Shown here: positions 13,426 through 27,100 of the stretch, one piece after another
Numbering within the stretch: the first letter of the stretch is position 1
Layout of the letters: each line of letters starts with the position of its first letter
Assembly: GCA_951406725.2 (NCBI GenBank)
Contig: OX597840.1
Span: 36,642,001-36,706,000, forward strand
Direction of reading: 5' to 3'
Source: Octopus vulgaris
Taxonomy: Eukaryota
Length of the DNA stretch: 64,000 bases
Translations under genes and position numbers: made by a program
Notes under the pieces: generated by a model
What the model saw: the letters and a program-made list of their open reading frames with translations, nothing else
Databases searched by the model: none
Told to the model about the DNA's origin: nothing

Positions 13426-13831
13426 CAGGGACGTGCCGCCTGGGTAGGCAAGGTAGGCAGTGCCTACCCTGAATAAAATAGATCGATAGTAATATTTTCC
13501 TTTTATGGTAAAATATAGCCCTAATTCAATAAAATTATGAAGGTTACTCTGACTACTGTGGATAAAATACAAAATATTTTATTATTTTTGTAGCTTAGGC
13601 AGGCATAATTCGCCCAACCTTTCAGTCTCAGTATTAAAGCTACACATAGTGCTGCTGTAGTACACATGTTGCGTATATTCCTACAACAACGTTTACTTTA
13701 TGCACTTTAAAGGCAGAAGTAAATCTGCCTCCAACTCAGTCGTGCGTCTGTGTTTCGCTTATTTTTTTGTACTTTGCTACACAAACATCGCCAACTGCCT
13801 ACCCTGAGTAATTACTGACGACACGTGTCTG
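13426..13831. mobile_element. Non-autonomous hAT-like element (MITE)
   Basis: Termini CAGggacgtgccg / cgacacgtgtCTG (10/13 inverted match), 8-bp TSD gtgtgtat/gtgtatat (7/8), subterminal tgcctaccctga repeats. Confidence 0.7.
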
Positions 13832-13845
13832 GTGTATATATATAT

Positions 13846-14265
13846 TCTTATTTTATTTGTTTCAGTCATTTTGTCTGCGGTCATGCTGGAGCACCGCCTT
13901 TATTCGAACAAATCGACTCCAGGACTTATTCTTTGTAAGCCAAGTACTTATTATATCGGTGTATTTTGCCGAACCGCTAAATTACGGGGATGTAAACATA
14001 CCAATATCGGTTGCCAAGCGATGGTGAGAGGGATAGACAGACATAGACACACACATACACACACACACACACACACAGATATACATACATACACACACAC
14101 ATAAATATATATATATGTACGACGGGCTTCTTTCAGATTTCGTTTACCAAGTCCGGGATTCTTTCAGTTTCCGTCTACCAAGTCCGGAGCTATAGTCGAA
14201 GACACTCAAGGTGTCATGCAGTGGGACCGAACCCAGAACCATGTGGTTCGGAAGCAAGCTTCTTA
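13846..14265 (-). mobile_element. SINE family A, near full length
   Basis: Reverse complement of family A with an internal duplication of cttttcagtttccgtctaccaagtcc-like sequence. Confidence 0.88.
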
Positions 14266-14401
14266 TCTCAATTCATTATAATCCTTCTGTTTTTGTTTAC
14301 TCTTGTCTAAACCCTTTTTAAGCATGTCCTTGTAAAGTCCTAAATTTGATGTGACCCCTAGCGGCTAACAAATTAAACATTCCTTTTATTATGCTGAATA
14401 T

Positions 14402-14625
14402 TAAGGCGGTGAGCTGGCAGAGTCGTTGGGCGACGGGGGAAAAACCCTCGTGATGTTTGTTCCGGCTCTTTACGTTCGAGTTCGGATCCCATTGTGATTG
14501 ACTTTGCCTTCCATCCCATTGGGGTTCGATAAAATATCAGTCAAGTACTGGATCGATTTCATCTACTAAACCTCTCTCCTCAAAACTGGTGTCCTTGTGC
14601 CTAAATTACAAACCATTAATAACAA
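14402..14625 (+). mobile_element. SINE family B (Meta/MESC-like central domain), diverged
   Basis: taaggcggtgagctggcagagtcgtt head; gccttccatcccattggggttcgataaaa central motif. Confidence 0.7.
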
Positions 14626-14629
14626 GAAC

Positions 14630-14668
<39 letters not shown>

Positions 14669-14981
14669 TTCTTTAAAATCATCCGATTCTTTCTTTGTAA
14701 ATTTGTTTCTTTATTATGTTTCATGTTTTTTCTTTTCATTTTGTTTTCTTATATCTTCCTCCACCATCCCCGTATTCTCTCTCACCATCGCCACAGCCAC
14801 TCCATCGATACTCCAGTCCAAATATATTCAACGGAGTTTTCATTTGATGTCGACGATAAGTTTATCCAGATCTTAGCAACCTTAATTGAGAGAGAGAGAG
14901 AGAGAGAGGGGGGAGAGATGGGGAGAGAAGAGGGAGAATGGAAGGAGATAGGGAGAGAAAAAGTGGAAAAAATGAAAAAGA

Positions 14982-15016
<35 letters not shown>

Positions 15017-15211
15017 CATATATGCAGTGGAGAATGGTTGTAACAGAAAGAGAAAAAGAACGAAGACTAAGAAAAAGCATGTAGGTGTGCGCGTGCGCAA
15101 GTTTCTCTCTCTCTCTCTCTCTCTCTCGCTGTAAATGAACACACACACATTTATACACAGACATACACACATTTTCACGCATGTATGCATGTATGTATGT
15201 ATGTATGTATG

Positions 15212-15249
<38 letters not shown>

Positions 15250-15275
15250 GATACATGTATCTCTCTCTCTCTCTG

Positions 15276-15313
<38 letters not shown>

Positions 15314-16141
15314 AACGTATACACACATACACATACACACATATACACATATATATGTGTGTGTAGGTTTATATTTTGCTTGAGACAACGAAAGAAAGAG
15401 AGAGAGAGAGGAAAGGGAGAGAGAGAAAGGGGAGAGAGAGATAGAGAGAAAAATATAAAGACAGACAAACAGACATCGTACAGACATCATGCATTATACA
15501 GTCTTAGATATATAACATCGATTTCTATCAAAGACATGATTACGAATGTTTGAGAAAATTTCTTCTTCTTCTTCTTCTTCTTCTTCTTCTTCTTCTTCCT
15601 TATATATATATATATTGATTATTTTTGCTTTCTTTTCTGTTGTTTTTTTCTTCTTTTCTTTATTACCTTCTGCCATTTACGAAAATATAGAGAGAAAGAA
15701 GGCGAAAGACGATGGGAGAGAAATAAAAGAGAAAATAAGCCTTAACCCTAACCTGCATTTTGGAACGATCTCAGAAACGTATTTGAAAGTTGCTTATCTT
15801 CGAAGTAAAATAGAAAAAGAAAAAAGGAAAAAAAAATTAGAAAAAACCCCCAAAACAAATATAAACAGCCCCAAATGTACAAACACCTAAAATAGATAAA
15901 AGAATTAACTAATCTCTCCCAAATCCTCCTCCTCCTTCCTCCCCTCCTCTTCCCGTCCCGTTTATCTTTATTTTATTTGGGTTTTTTTCTTCTTCTACTC
16001 CTTTTGGCATATAATGTTGCTCGGTTCTTCTCTATGATGCGGGCCGCTCGCCTAAAGCTTCCTGTGTTTCTGTCGTTGTATTTCGGCAGAAAGAAAATTT
16101 CGTTACGCAGACAAGCCCGCCTCTACAACAACAGCAACAAT

Positions 16142-16189
<48 letters not shown>

Positions 16190-16496
16190 AATCAACGGTG
16201 ACGGTGTTGCGCTGCCGGCGCCACAACCGTCTTAGCAATAGAAATCGAACCAAAGCAAAGGTCGATGTCTTACTTTTAAAATGATGTTTGATGTCTTTTC
16301 CACGATATTCAGGGGCCGTTTTAGGAACGGAATTAAATATGAAACTTCGTGCGTGTCTATGTATGTGTCTGCGTGTCTGTGTGTGTGTCTGCGTGTGCGC
16401 GCACGCGTGTATGCATGTATGTATGTATGTGTGGGTGGTGGTTTCTATGCTTGATTGTGTGTATGAAAATATGTGCGTGTGTATACACACACACAC

Positions 16497-16575
<79 letters not shown>

Positions 16576-16777
16576 CATATATATATATATACATACAAAT
16601 ATTCTATAATTATATGCATAATCATAAAGAAGGGGTCACCTAATAGCTTCGTCACGCACTGAATTTAGAAATAGGAGCTAAATGCCTTTTTTACCACCAT
16701 AAAGATCTCCCAGACAGAAACACACTTTTATACGTAGGCAAAAAGAAAAAAATAACGAATCCACATGACTCAGATTA

Positions 16778-16845
16778 GCTACATACGCGTTTCGAAATTA
16801 AAGTAAAGTTATACTTATTTACTTATTTCTCAACGTCAGTGATGC
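16778..16845 (-). ncRNA. Degenerate hammerhead ribozyme
   Basis: Minus strand reads CTGA(cgt)TGA gaaataagtaaa...tttactttaatttc GAAA cgcg TA; 3-nt insertion in the core and a damaged stem I. Confidence 0.5.
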
Positions 16846-16943
16846 ATTTCAAAATATATTGAAATTATACACACACACACACACACACATTGAAACAAAA
16901 ATTAAAACTTCAGTTTCACGTCACTACAATCTTTAGTCCTCAC

Positions 16944-16974
16944 CTGAAGATCGCAGTGGCATGAAACTCGAGTC
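16944..16974 (+). ncRNA. Hammerhead core lacking a stem I
   Basis: CTGAAGA tcgcagtggcat GAAA ctcgag TC, palindromic stem III and GUC; flanks do not pair. Confidence 0.4.
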
Positions 16975-17153
16975 CCAAGATAAATTCTAAGTTTCAGTTT
17001 CAAAAAAGAATCCCATATCCTCTAGAAAATATATTGTGATCTGTCGTTTCATTTCTCCATCGTGTGTGTATGTGTATATATATAAATAAATAAATATATA
17101 TATATATAAATAAATATATATATATATATAAATAAATATATATATATATATAA

Positions 17154-17188
<35 letters not shown>

Positions 17189-17457
17189 GGTGCGTGCATA
17201 TGAGTTGGTGTATGTATGTGTGTGTGTATATTTTCAAGTATGTGCGCGTTGTTGTATGTAAGTAAGTAAATAACGGTTACTGCCTCAAATGTCACATGAC
17301 TTAACAGACATCAACGAATGCTCGTCATTTTGATCTTTCCTCAAAGAGTCAGTCGTGATTTTTCCTCTCAGAGTATAATTCTCAGTCACACGAACCTCGT
17401 ACTGCCTCTAACAGTACCTTAAATTTCATCTTTTACTGCCTGACACACACACACACA

Positions 17458-17500
<43 letters not shown>

Positions 17501-17509
17501 TACATTTTG

Positions 17510-17885
17510 GTTACACCTTGAATCACTTTATTTCTCGCAAGTAAAGTGATTTCATCCCAAAACTTCTTCATAAATTTTTAAATGATAAGCTAAATTCTGA
17601 TCGATAAGCCATGAATCTCCTTCACATATCAAAAACACTTCATGCTCGTGACATACAGTTTAATTTTCATATGAATCGCCCGCCTCTTTGATTTTAATGC
17701 ATTTCAAAACCTTTCATTGCTAGATTCGCCTTCTTAAATCTTTCATTAAATTCACTTTCTAAAGACCCATCACTTTCTATAAAACTTCCAACATATTTAA
17801 ACTATTAAACTCTTTTAATACTTACCCACTCAAAGGCACATTTCTTCTATTCGCCAGCTAAATCTTCATAATCTATTCATAAGAC
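17510..17885 (-). mobile_element. RTE-clade LINE RT C-terminal remnant
   Basis: Minus strand translates FKYVGSFIESDGSLESEFNERFKKANLAMKGF...KIKLY, matching the FKYLGS.I..DG...EI..RI.KA motif. Confidence 0.7.
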
Positions 17886-18627
17886 CAGCTATTATGTATT
17901 TATATGTAATTATGAATGTGTGTGTGTGTGTGTGTGTGCATGAAGTATATATAAATATATATACATATATGGATACACATAAATATATATGTTTACACCT
18001 GCATATATATATACATGCATAGAAAAACTCACACACAGCATACACTCACATACATATGTATGTAGGCTTTTCTGGGAAATTTTATGAGTTTTAGCGTGGA
18101 TTAAACACAAAAAATACCCAGCAAAATATTTTACTCATCATTTCAATAAGAAGGTACTCCGACTCGAAACGATAAACTCACAACAATAAAATTGCTTGAA
18201 AAACAGGTAACTTGAAAATTCCATGCCTTCGTTCATGAAACGTGTGGCTGCTGCTGCTTAACGTTCGAAGCATTTTTATATGTGTAGTTGTAGAGTCAAA
18301 CTTACTTCATACGAGGACAAATGAGCATTTCTCAAACATGCTCATTTGCTTACTGGATTATGTCACTTTTAACGAAGATATACACTCTTCTTCATCGGAT
18401 TAGTGTATTGACTCCAATTAATATGCAAAAATGGTTTCAAAAACGATTTACATTGTCCATATCTTTCTCGAACGAGATTTCTTGAGGATGTCCAAAATCC
18501 GAACGAGATTAAAGTCAATAATTATAAAATGCGGAAGAAATAACACATGATTACCCATTCTTATGTTTAAGAAACAAAAACATGCCCGCTTTGTATTGCA
18601 GAGAAGTACAAAGTTCTCATGTGTTGC

Positions 18628-18900
18628 TATTATATTCCGATTGCTTTGCCTTTTCTTTCATCTTCCGATCATAGGTCTCAACCAGAGACCTATGGTTCAT
18701 TATATTAGGAAAAAAACTTCCTGAGAATATGTGCAGCTGATGTCAACACAAGTTTTTGATTCTTATATATTGTTGGTTTCCCAGAGATCTGTTCAAAAAA
18801 ATTGTCACTACCTTTCTTGATTGCTCTCAGGGCACCTTTTGGTTTTTAATTCCCACATCATAAATATCTCAATCTCAAGACCCTTATATATCAACAGTTT
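18628..18900 (-). mobile_element. 3' fragment of R4/Dong-like LINE abutting (TAA)n
   Basis: Minus strand gives YKGLEIEIFMMWELKT..GALRAIKKG..QISGKPTIYKNQKLVLTSAAHILRKF; 5' junction runs directly into (TAA)n at 18899-18963. Confidence 0.75.
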
Positions 18901-18918
18901 ATTATTATTATTATTATG

Positions 18919-18963
<45 letters not shown>

Positions 18964-20259
18964 GTAATGTTAAAAGAAAACCCATATGTAATGAAAAATG
19001 CAGAGATGAGTATAAATAATGCTAGAAAATTACTTTCTGGCATGAAGCAGAGCAGATTTATCGGTCACTGGAATTATCTTTGGTTGGATTAAAATCTCAA
19101 CAAATCCTTAATTATGAGCAGTTTCTTTTTACCAATATGTTTTCATTTCTTAATATCTGAAGCCTACGGTTCAGAACTACACTTCGTCCGGTTACTCTAT
19201 CGACCACTTCGTGCGGTCACTCTATCGACCACTTCTTGGTCTGCGGCACCAAATTATATTAGAGATACTGATATTTGTTCAGACTAAGCACAGCCGGGCC
19301 ACATGTATGTTGTGTTTACCAAAAGATCTCCAACTATCAGCGGACTTTTCTATCAAACTCTCTCCCTAACAATCATCAATCACAGACGCTCAGTTCTGTC
19401 TTCTTTTTTATTGATGTTGAAATCTTAACTCAAACCAAAATCCTATCAGAGAAGATATTACTTTTGATTAAATGTCCGGCCAGAAATCGCTTTTTCTCCA
19501 TGGCTGACCAATATATTTATATAAATGTTATTGCAGCATTCTAACACCAAACAGCCAATGGCATCAATGCATGGCTGCTGACTCTACCTTTGGTTACACA
19601 CGATAAAGATGCAATTCTATTAAAGCCGTCTTGAAGAATGACCACAATATAGGAAACATGATGCAATGGAGGCAAGTATCGGATTTCAAAAAGAAATCAT
19701 AGACGCAGACGATCATACAAAGCATACAGCCATGGGATAAACGTAATGGAATATAATACAATAAAAGATATTAGTAGCGTAACATCTGAAGTGATTTATA
19801 AAGGCGGAAGAAAAATGTTCAGTACCATCAGAGAGAAAGGTGAATCCAGAATGTTCCAGCAGCATGCATCGGGGTTAGCGATCTTTAAATCAATCCACAG
19901 AGACACTTACCTGCAAAGGAATGGAAAAAAGCATAAATGAATGAATGAATGAATAAATAAATACATAAATATATATATGTATATATACTGACATATATTT
20001 ATATAGACAATTGGAACGGAGAAAGCTCTGTGCATGCATATATATATATATACATATGTACACAATACACACATATCTATCTATCTATCTGTCTGTCTAT
20101 CCATCTATCTATCTATATGTCTATCTATATGTCTATCCATCTGTCTATCCATCTATCTATCTATATGTCTATCTATATGTCTATCCACCTACCTACCTAC
20201 CTACCTACCTACCTACCTACCTACCTACCTACCTACTACCTACCTACCTACCTACCTAC

Positions 20260-20307
<48 letters not shown>

Positions 20308-20519
20308 ATAACAAGTCAAGATTCAAGTGAATCGGGCACTTAAATGATAAGGCAACAGGTCGGTTCGAAAGTAAAAACATTTACACAACAAAAATAGAGA
20401 GAAGCGGGTACCGAAGTACAGGCAGATTAACTGTACCCGATTGTGTATATCAGTAGCCCTGAGGCTAGTCAAGAAATGCAAATTGCACTAAAAGAAGTTA
20501 GATAGCATTATATGTAATG

Positions 20520-21081
20520 AAATCAGTGGTGCCTTCCCTAGATGTAGAACACGTGGTACGTGATCGACAAATATCAAGGAATGATGTTTGTAGAGGCCAC
20601 AGCCCGTGGAGAACTAGCTCGAAGTTTTAGGAAAGCTCTGAAGGAGGCTAAACTCAACGTTGAAAAGCCAGGAAGCTCCATCAGATCACAACTATGTAGG
20701 ATGTGCGCCTTTGAGAATACCACATGAACCAATGAGAACTGCATGGTATGTAGGATTAGCCCTGGCATTAACTGTAGAACTAGAAACGTAGTCTACAACA
20801 TAAGGTGCATAGAGGGCGCTTGTACAGACAAGAACATGATATACATAAGTGAGACATTGGGAAGCATTGCGGAGAGACTAATTGACCATTTGAGACAATA
20901 TGACGGCAAAAAAAACAATCCTCCATACTCTACCAACATGTCAAAGGTCAATAATGGCACACTGGGTCAACTTGATGTCCGCATTTTATGCAAACACACG
21001 AAAGACCCACTACTCAGGCAAGTACAAGAGTACGTCCTCATAAGCGAAACATCCCCAGTACTAAATAAGAAATATACATAG
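20520..21081 (+). mobile_element. Penelope-like element remnant: linker Zn-knuckle plus GIY-YIG endonuclease
   Basis: MFVEATARGELARSF..EKPGSSIRSQL..CMVC..NCRTRNVVYNIRC..IYISET..ERLIDH..RQVQEYVLI..PVLN. Confidence 0.85.
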
Positions 21082-21149
21082 GTGTCATACCCCAATAACG
21101 AATGATTAAATATACACAGGTAGTGTTGTTAGTAGGCTGTTAGGTAAGC

Positions 21150-21196
<47 letters not shown>

Positions 21197-21747
21197 TATA
21201 TATATATATGTATGTTTGTGCATATGCGTGTGTGTACAGATAGATAGGTACATAGGAAATACAGACTGACAGGCACACACACACATACACACATCCATAC
21301 ATAATACACAAATGAAGACTGAAACACAGGACCATATACACCCACGCACACTTCAAACAAGGACACATATGGAGACACACATCTCTACGCAACAGACGCA
21401 CATACCTAGTCACACAAACCCATAACGAACACACTCAAATATGCACACAAAAGGAGACAGAGGCACACACACAAATACACACACACACAGACACACAAAC
21501 ATTGAAGACACAAACAGATCAATATGCAGAATGCATAGATAGACACGTGTACACATGCATATATATGCGCACGCACGCTGCCGCACACGCATGCGCACAA
21601 ACAAACAAGCAAAAAGAACGCAGCTGCGACAACGATTATTGAAGAGGTTGCAAAACGAAACAAAAACTTGAGAAAAAATAAATAAGAAAATGAGTGGAAA
21701 TCGAACCGGCGCGTGTGTTAAGTAATAAGGCAATACTCTTCCCAGAC

Positions 21748-21782
<35 letters not shown>

Positions 21783-21810
21783 CTTTATTTTAAGCAGCGG
21801 AAAAATCAAC

Positions 21811-21857
21811 AAAATCTGTTACTCTGAGTTTCTCGTTGCCGTTCATCAGACAGTTTT
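21811..21857 (-). ncRNA. Minimal type I hammerhead ribozyme (mirror copy)
   Basis: Reverse complement of 22352-22398. Confidence 0.7.
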
Positions 21858-22351
21858 TGCTAGAATGGAACATATATATTAATTCAATCTATACTCTTAC
21901 AAACGCTACACCTTTAAAAAGAAATGGACTTGTTTGATTGGCCCTTTAGAAAAAACGGTCAATCTTCGAGCGATAAACAAAAAGGTCAAAAATATATGTA
22001 TATATATATAAAAACTTATAAAAATTATAAAATCCGAGGAAAATACCGAGGAAAAAACCTGTTGCCGTTAATGAAGACAGTACAAATTAATGCATAGAAA
22101 TTATTATATTTCTATGCATTAATTTGTACTGTCTTCATTAACGGCAACAGGTTTTTTCCTCGGTATTTTCCTCGGATTTTATAATTTTTATAAGTTTTTA
22201 TATATATATACATATATTTTTGACCTTTTTGTTTATCGCTCGAAGATTGACCGTTTTTTCTAAAGGGCCAATCAAACAAGTCCATTTCTTTTTAAAGGTG
22301 TAGCGTTTGTAAGAGTATAGATTGAATTAATATATATGTTCCATTCTAGCA

Positions 22352-22398
22352 AAAACTGTCTGATGAACGGCAACGAGAAACTCAGAGTAACAGATTTT
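22352..22398 (+). ncRNA. Minimal type I hammerhead ribozyme
   Basis: aaaactgt CTGATGA a-cg-GCAA-cg-a GAAA ctcagag TA acagatttt: stem I ctgt/acag, GNRA-capped stem II, palindromic stem III, GUA triplet. Confidence 0.72.
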
Positions 22399-22495
22399 GT
22401 TGATTTTTCTGCTGCTTAAAATAAAGCATATTACTCTACCACTGGTATTTGAGTACTCTTTTTTCCACCTTGTTTCACATTTATGTGTTTACTCC

Positions 22496-22535
<40 letters not shown>

Positions 22536-22802
22536 ATCGTATGAATTCACACAAGCACGAACACATACGTATACACACAGTCAAAGGCAAAGCTGCCAGA
22601 AACTTCGGAGTTTTGCCGATCGTCAGCTTTGCGAGGATGCGTCTAAAACGAATGACTGGCGGACACCCGAATCACTGCCACCCATTTCGTGTATGTGGTG
22701 GGGGTTATTCTTCATTTATGTTTAACCGATTCATATGCATACGCATGCATAAAAACAAACACTTTATATGTAATATATGTATAGGTATATGCACACATAC
22801 AT

Positions 22803-22842
<40 letters not shown>

Positions 22843-22905
22843 GTATATGCTTATCAATGTACATATATATATATATATAGGTATCTCTTGCTCTTTTTTT
22901 CTCTC

Positions 22906-22968
<63 letters not shown>

Positions 22969-23038
22969 GTTTATATACGAATATCAATAAATGTATTTAT
23001 TCGGTGTGTATTTATTTATCTATTTATCTACATACCTA

Positions 23039-23077
<39 letters not shown>

Positions 23078-23508
23078 TATGAATTCACACAAACACGAAC
23101 ACATACGTATACACAGTCAAAGGCAAATCTACCTATACACACACACACACACACACATACATACATACATACATACATACATACATACATACATACATAC
23201 ATACATACATACATAAATACATACATACATACAACACACTAACTATACTCACATGCATACACGCAAGAACAAAAAAGAATCGTAAAAATACCCATGACCT
23301 GCCCTAGAGGTGGCTACCAGAATTTTGGTCAGGGTCAGGTGTCAGGGGTCAAGAGTCAGGCACCAGCTCCTGGGGTTTTGGCATTAGTTCAGAAGACTTT
23401 GTCCAGGTTAAGTCGAATGATTGCATTTGCTGTGTAGTTATATGACGTGTTACCTCTACCACAAGGATTTGGGCAATCGTTTGTGTATATATGTGTGTGT
23501 GTATGTAA

Positions 23509-23553
<45 letters not shown>

Positions 23554-23865
23554 CATATACACGTCCATCTACAGTTGCATATGTATGCGTATATATATAT
23601 AGGACGAGAGAGAGAGAGAGAAATCAAATTGAAACATATATGGGTTAGGTTGACAATAAAAATATATACACGCACGCATGTACGCGCGCACACACATACA
23701 CTCCCAAAAAACGTTCACATTGACACACTGACATGCTTACGTGCACGTACACATATTTATATATTTACATATATACAGACGCACATGAAAACATTCATAT
23801 ATGTATATACATACATACATGCATGCATACATAGATGCACACACATATATGTGTGTGTGTATGTA

Positions 23866-24184
<319 letters not shown>

Positions 24185-27100
24185 CTTTTTTGTGCATGGC
24201 ACAAAAAATTATTGTTCAGCAGCTGACCTGGCTACAAGCACAAAGCTGGAACTACCTCCACATAAGGCCACCTCCAACAGATGCAGGATGGCCACCACAG
24301 ACACCAACACCAACACACACACCACAAAAATATTTCTACTGAATGTAGGAGGGCTGCTGCGCGGAAACTGTAAAAGAAAATTTCATTCCTGAGAGACCTT
24401 GTGACATGCAATCAAGCTATATGCATGGCACTCACAGAAACGCATCTTGAACCCGATATAGGTGATGCAGAAATACACATGCCGCAATATGCAGTCATAC
24501 GCACAGATAGAAAAGGGAGGAGCCATGGTGGAGTTGCAATGTACATCCGAGATGACTTCACGCCCCATGTCCTGCGGTCATATTCAAACTCAGTATGTGA
24601 AACTCAAATTGTACACATAAGACAACTGAATATCGTCATATGCACTACATATCGCCCACCAGATGCCCCAAAACACTCAGGCATGTTTGAAGACTGCCTA
24701 ACAAAAATAGGGGAAGTCCTCACCAACCTTGAACAGCACAACAGTGTATTCTTCATGGGTGACTTTAACCTCCCCAATGTGGAATGGCCTGGGGGGCAGA
24801 TGCTCCCAGGGATGACACACCATCAGCAGGCACAGGTGGAGTCCCTGCTCCATCTCACAAATGCCTCTTTCATGGAGCAAATAGTTCTGCAACCAACAAG
24901 GGCAGGTAATATACTGGATCTCTGCTTCACAAACAATATGGATATTATCCATAATGTTAATGTGATGCCGACAATGATCTCGGATCACAACATAATAGAG
25001 CTGTCTATGTATGGAACAAAAGCCCCCGCAGACACACAGCCTATACGAAGCACCCACCATCTCTCCAACTTAAACTTTCATAAAGCCAAGTGGAAGTTGA
25101 TTGAGAAAGAGATCCTCAAACAGGATTGTCCTGAATGTCTCTCCACACCGGACATAAACATGAAACACAAACACTTCATGTCCATAATACAAGCCATATG
25201 TGACAAATATGTCCCAGTGTGCAGGGCCAGCACACACAAGAACAAAAACAGGATCCCTAGAGAAAGGAGGATTCTTATGAGACGACGGACAAGGATTGCA
25301 AACCGCCTGAGCAAGCACACCAAAAGTGGTGAGGAGTCTCGGCTCGAAAGAATGCAAATGGAAACTGAGAAAAGTCTACATCAGTCCCATGAAAAGGAGA
25401 GAGCAGATAAAGAAGCTTGGGTAATATAAAATATAAAATCAAACCCTAAAGCTTTCTTTAAGTTTGCCAAAGAGACAGCCACAGTGCACCAGAGAATAGG
25501 ACCTCTCTTCCAAAAAGATGGCTCTCTCACAGGAAATCCCACGAGGATAAGTGAAATACTGAACGAACAGTTCGAAAGTGTGTTCACTACACCTCTAGGA
25601 CACAGGCAAGTAAACAACCCAGAAGAATTCTTTGCCACTTTACCTGCGGCCAAAGAGACAAAAATTGAGTACATCAACATCGAAGATGATGATATCACAC
25701 TAGCCATTGAAGAGATTGACACAAACCCCGCTGCTGGACCTGATGGATTCCCAGCGATCCTTCTCAAATCGTGCAAACGAGCCCTTGCAAAACCGCTACA
25801 GCTTCTTTTTCAGAGCTTTCTTGCAAGTGGTAAGCTCCTAGTCAAATTGAAAGAGGGGGGTAATATGCCCTATCCATAAGGGAGGTAGCAGAGCAGATGC
25901 TAAAAATTATAGGCCTATCTCTCTGACCTCACACATCATCAAAGTCATGGAACGAATAGTCCGTAAGAAACTAATCATGTTCCTTGAAGAAAATGACTTG
26001 CTGTCTGACACCCAGCATGGATTTCGACCAGGTAGAGGCTGCCTAACACAGCTCCTGCAACACTATGACTGGGTGTTGAAACAGCTACTAAATGGCTCAA
26101 ATGTGGATGTAATATATCTCGACTTTGCAAAAGCCTTTGATAAAGTCGACCATGGTATGATCTGTCACAAACTGCGTGGTCTCGGCATAGGCGGGAAACT
26201 TGGAGAGTGGCTGCACAACTTCCTAAAAGACAGAAAACAGGCAGTTGTGAGCAATGGAGCCACCTCCAAGGAAACGCAAATAACAAGCGGTGTCCCACAG
26301 GGCACTGTCTTGGGGCCACTGATGTTCATAGTGGCCCTTTCAGACATGCCTTCAGTTGCTACGATGACCACCCTTGCTAGCTATGCAGATGACACAAAAG
26401 TCTCCCACGCAATACAAAACCCTGAAAATATTGCGCATCTGCAACATGAGCTGGACACAATATACAGGTGGGCTGAGGACAACAACATGCAGTTTAATGC
26501 AGGTAAGTTCCAGGCCCTGCGCTATTGGCACACAAAGGTAAATGACGTGAAGACTGGATACACTGGCCCAGGAAGAATTGCAATCCCTGAGTCAAAATCA
26601 GTGCGTGACCTGGGCATTGACATGAGCAATGATGCATCTTTCCAAATGCCTATTGCTAATCTGGTGATAAAATGCAGACGGCTAGCTGGATGGATTCTCC
26701 GAACTTTCAGAACAAGAGAGAAGGAGACACTGATGGTCCTATGGAAAACATTCGTCCTCAGCCGCTTGGACTACTGCTCCCAACTTTGATCACCACACAA
26801 TATAAAACAAACAGCAGAACTCGAAGCAATTCAGAGAAGCTACACAAAGAAAATCGTCTCAATGCAAAATATCAGCTACTGGGAAAGACTGAAGGTATTA
26901 AACCTCTTCTCCCTAAAGCGGAGGCGGGAGAGATATGCAGTGATATACATCTGGAAAATCCTGGAGGGTCTTGTCCCAAACTTTGGCATTCAAAGTTACT
27001 CCAACCGCAGAACGGGGCGCCGCTGCGTGGTGCCAAGGATTCCAACATCACCATCAAAATACAGGTCCAGATACTGCAACAGCTTGGGTTTCAGAGGACC

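Larger units (their letters stand above)
21783..22426. repeat. Near-perfect 319-bp-arm palindrome (inverted PLE pseudo-LTR) between (TA)n tracts
   Basis: 21783-22101 is the reverse complement of 22108-22426 (6-nt spacer, one mismatch seen); unpaired tail 22427-22498. Confidence 0.95.

Noticed and set aside
15741-15753. Telomere-like taaccctaacc
   Set aside because: Under two units; expected by chance
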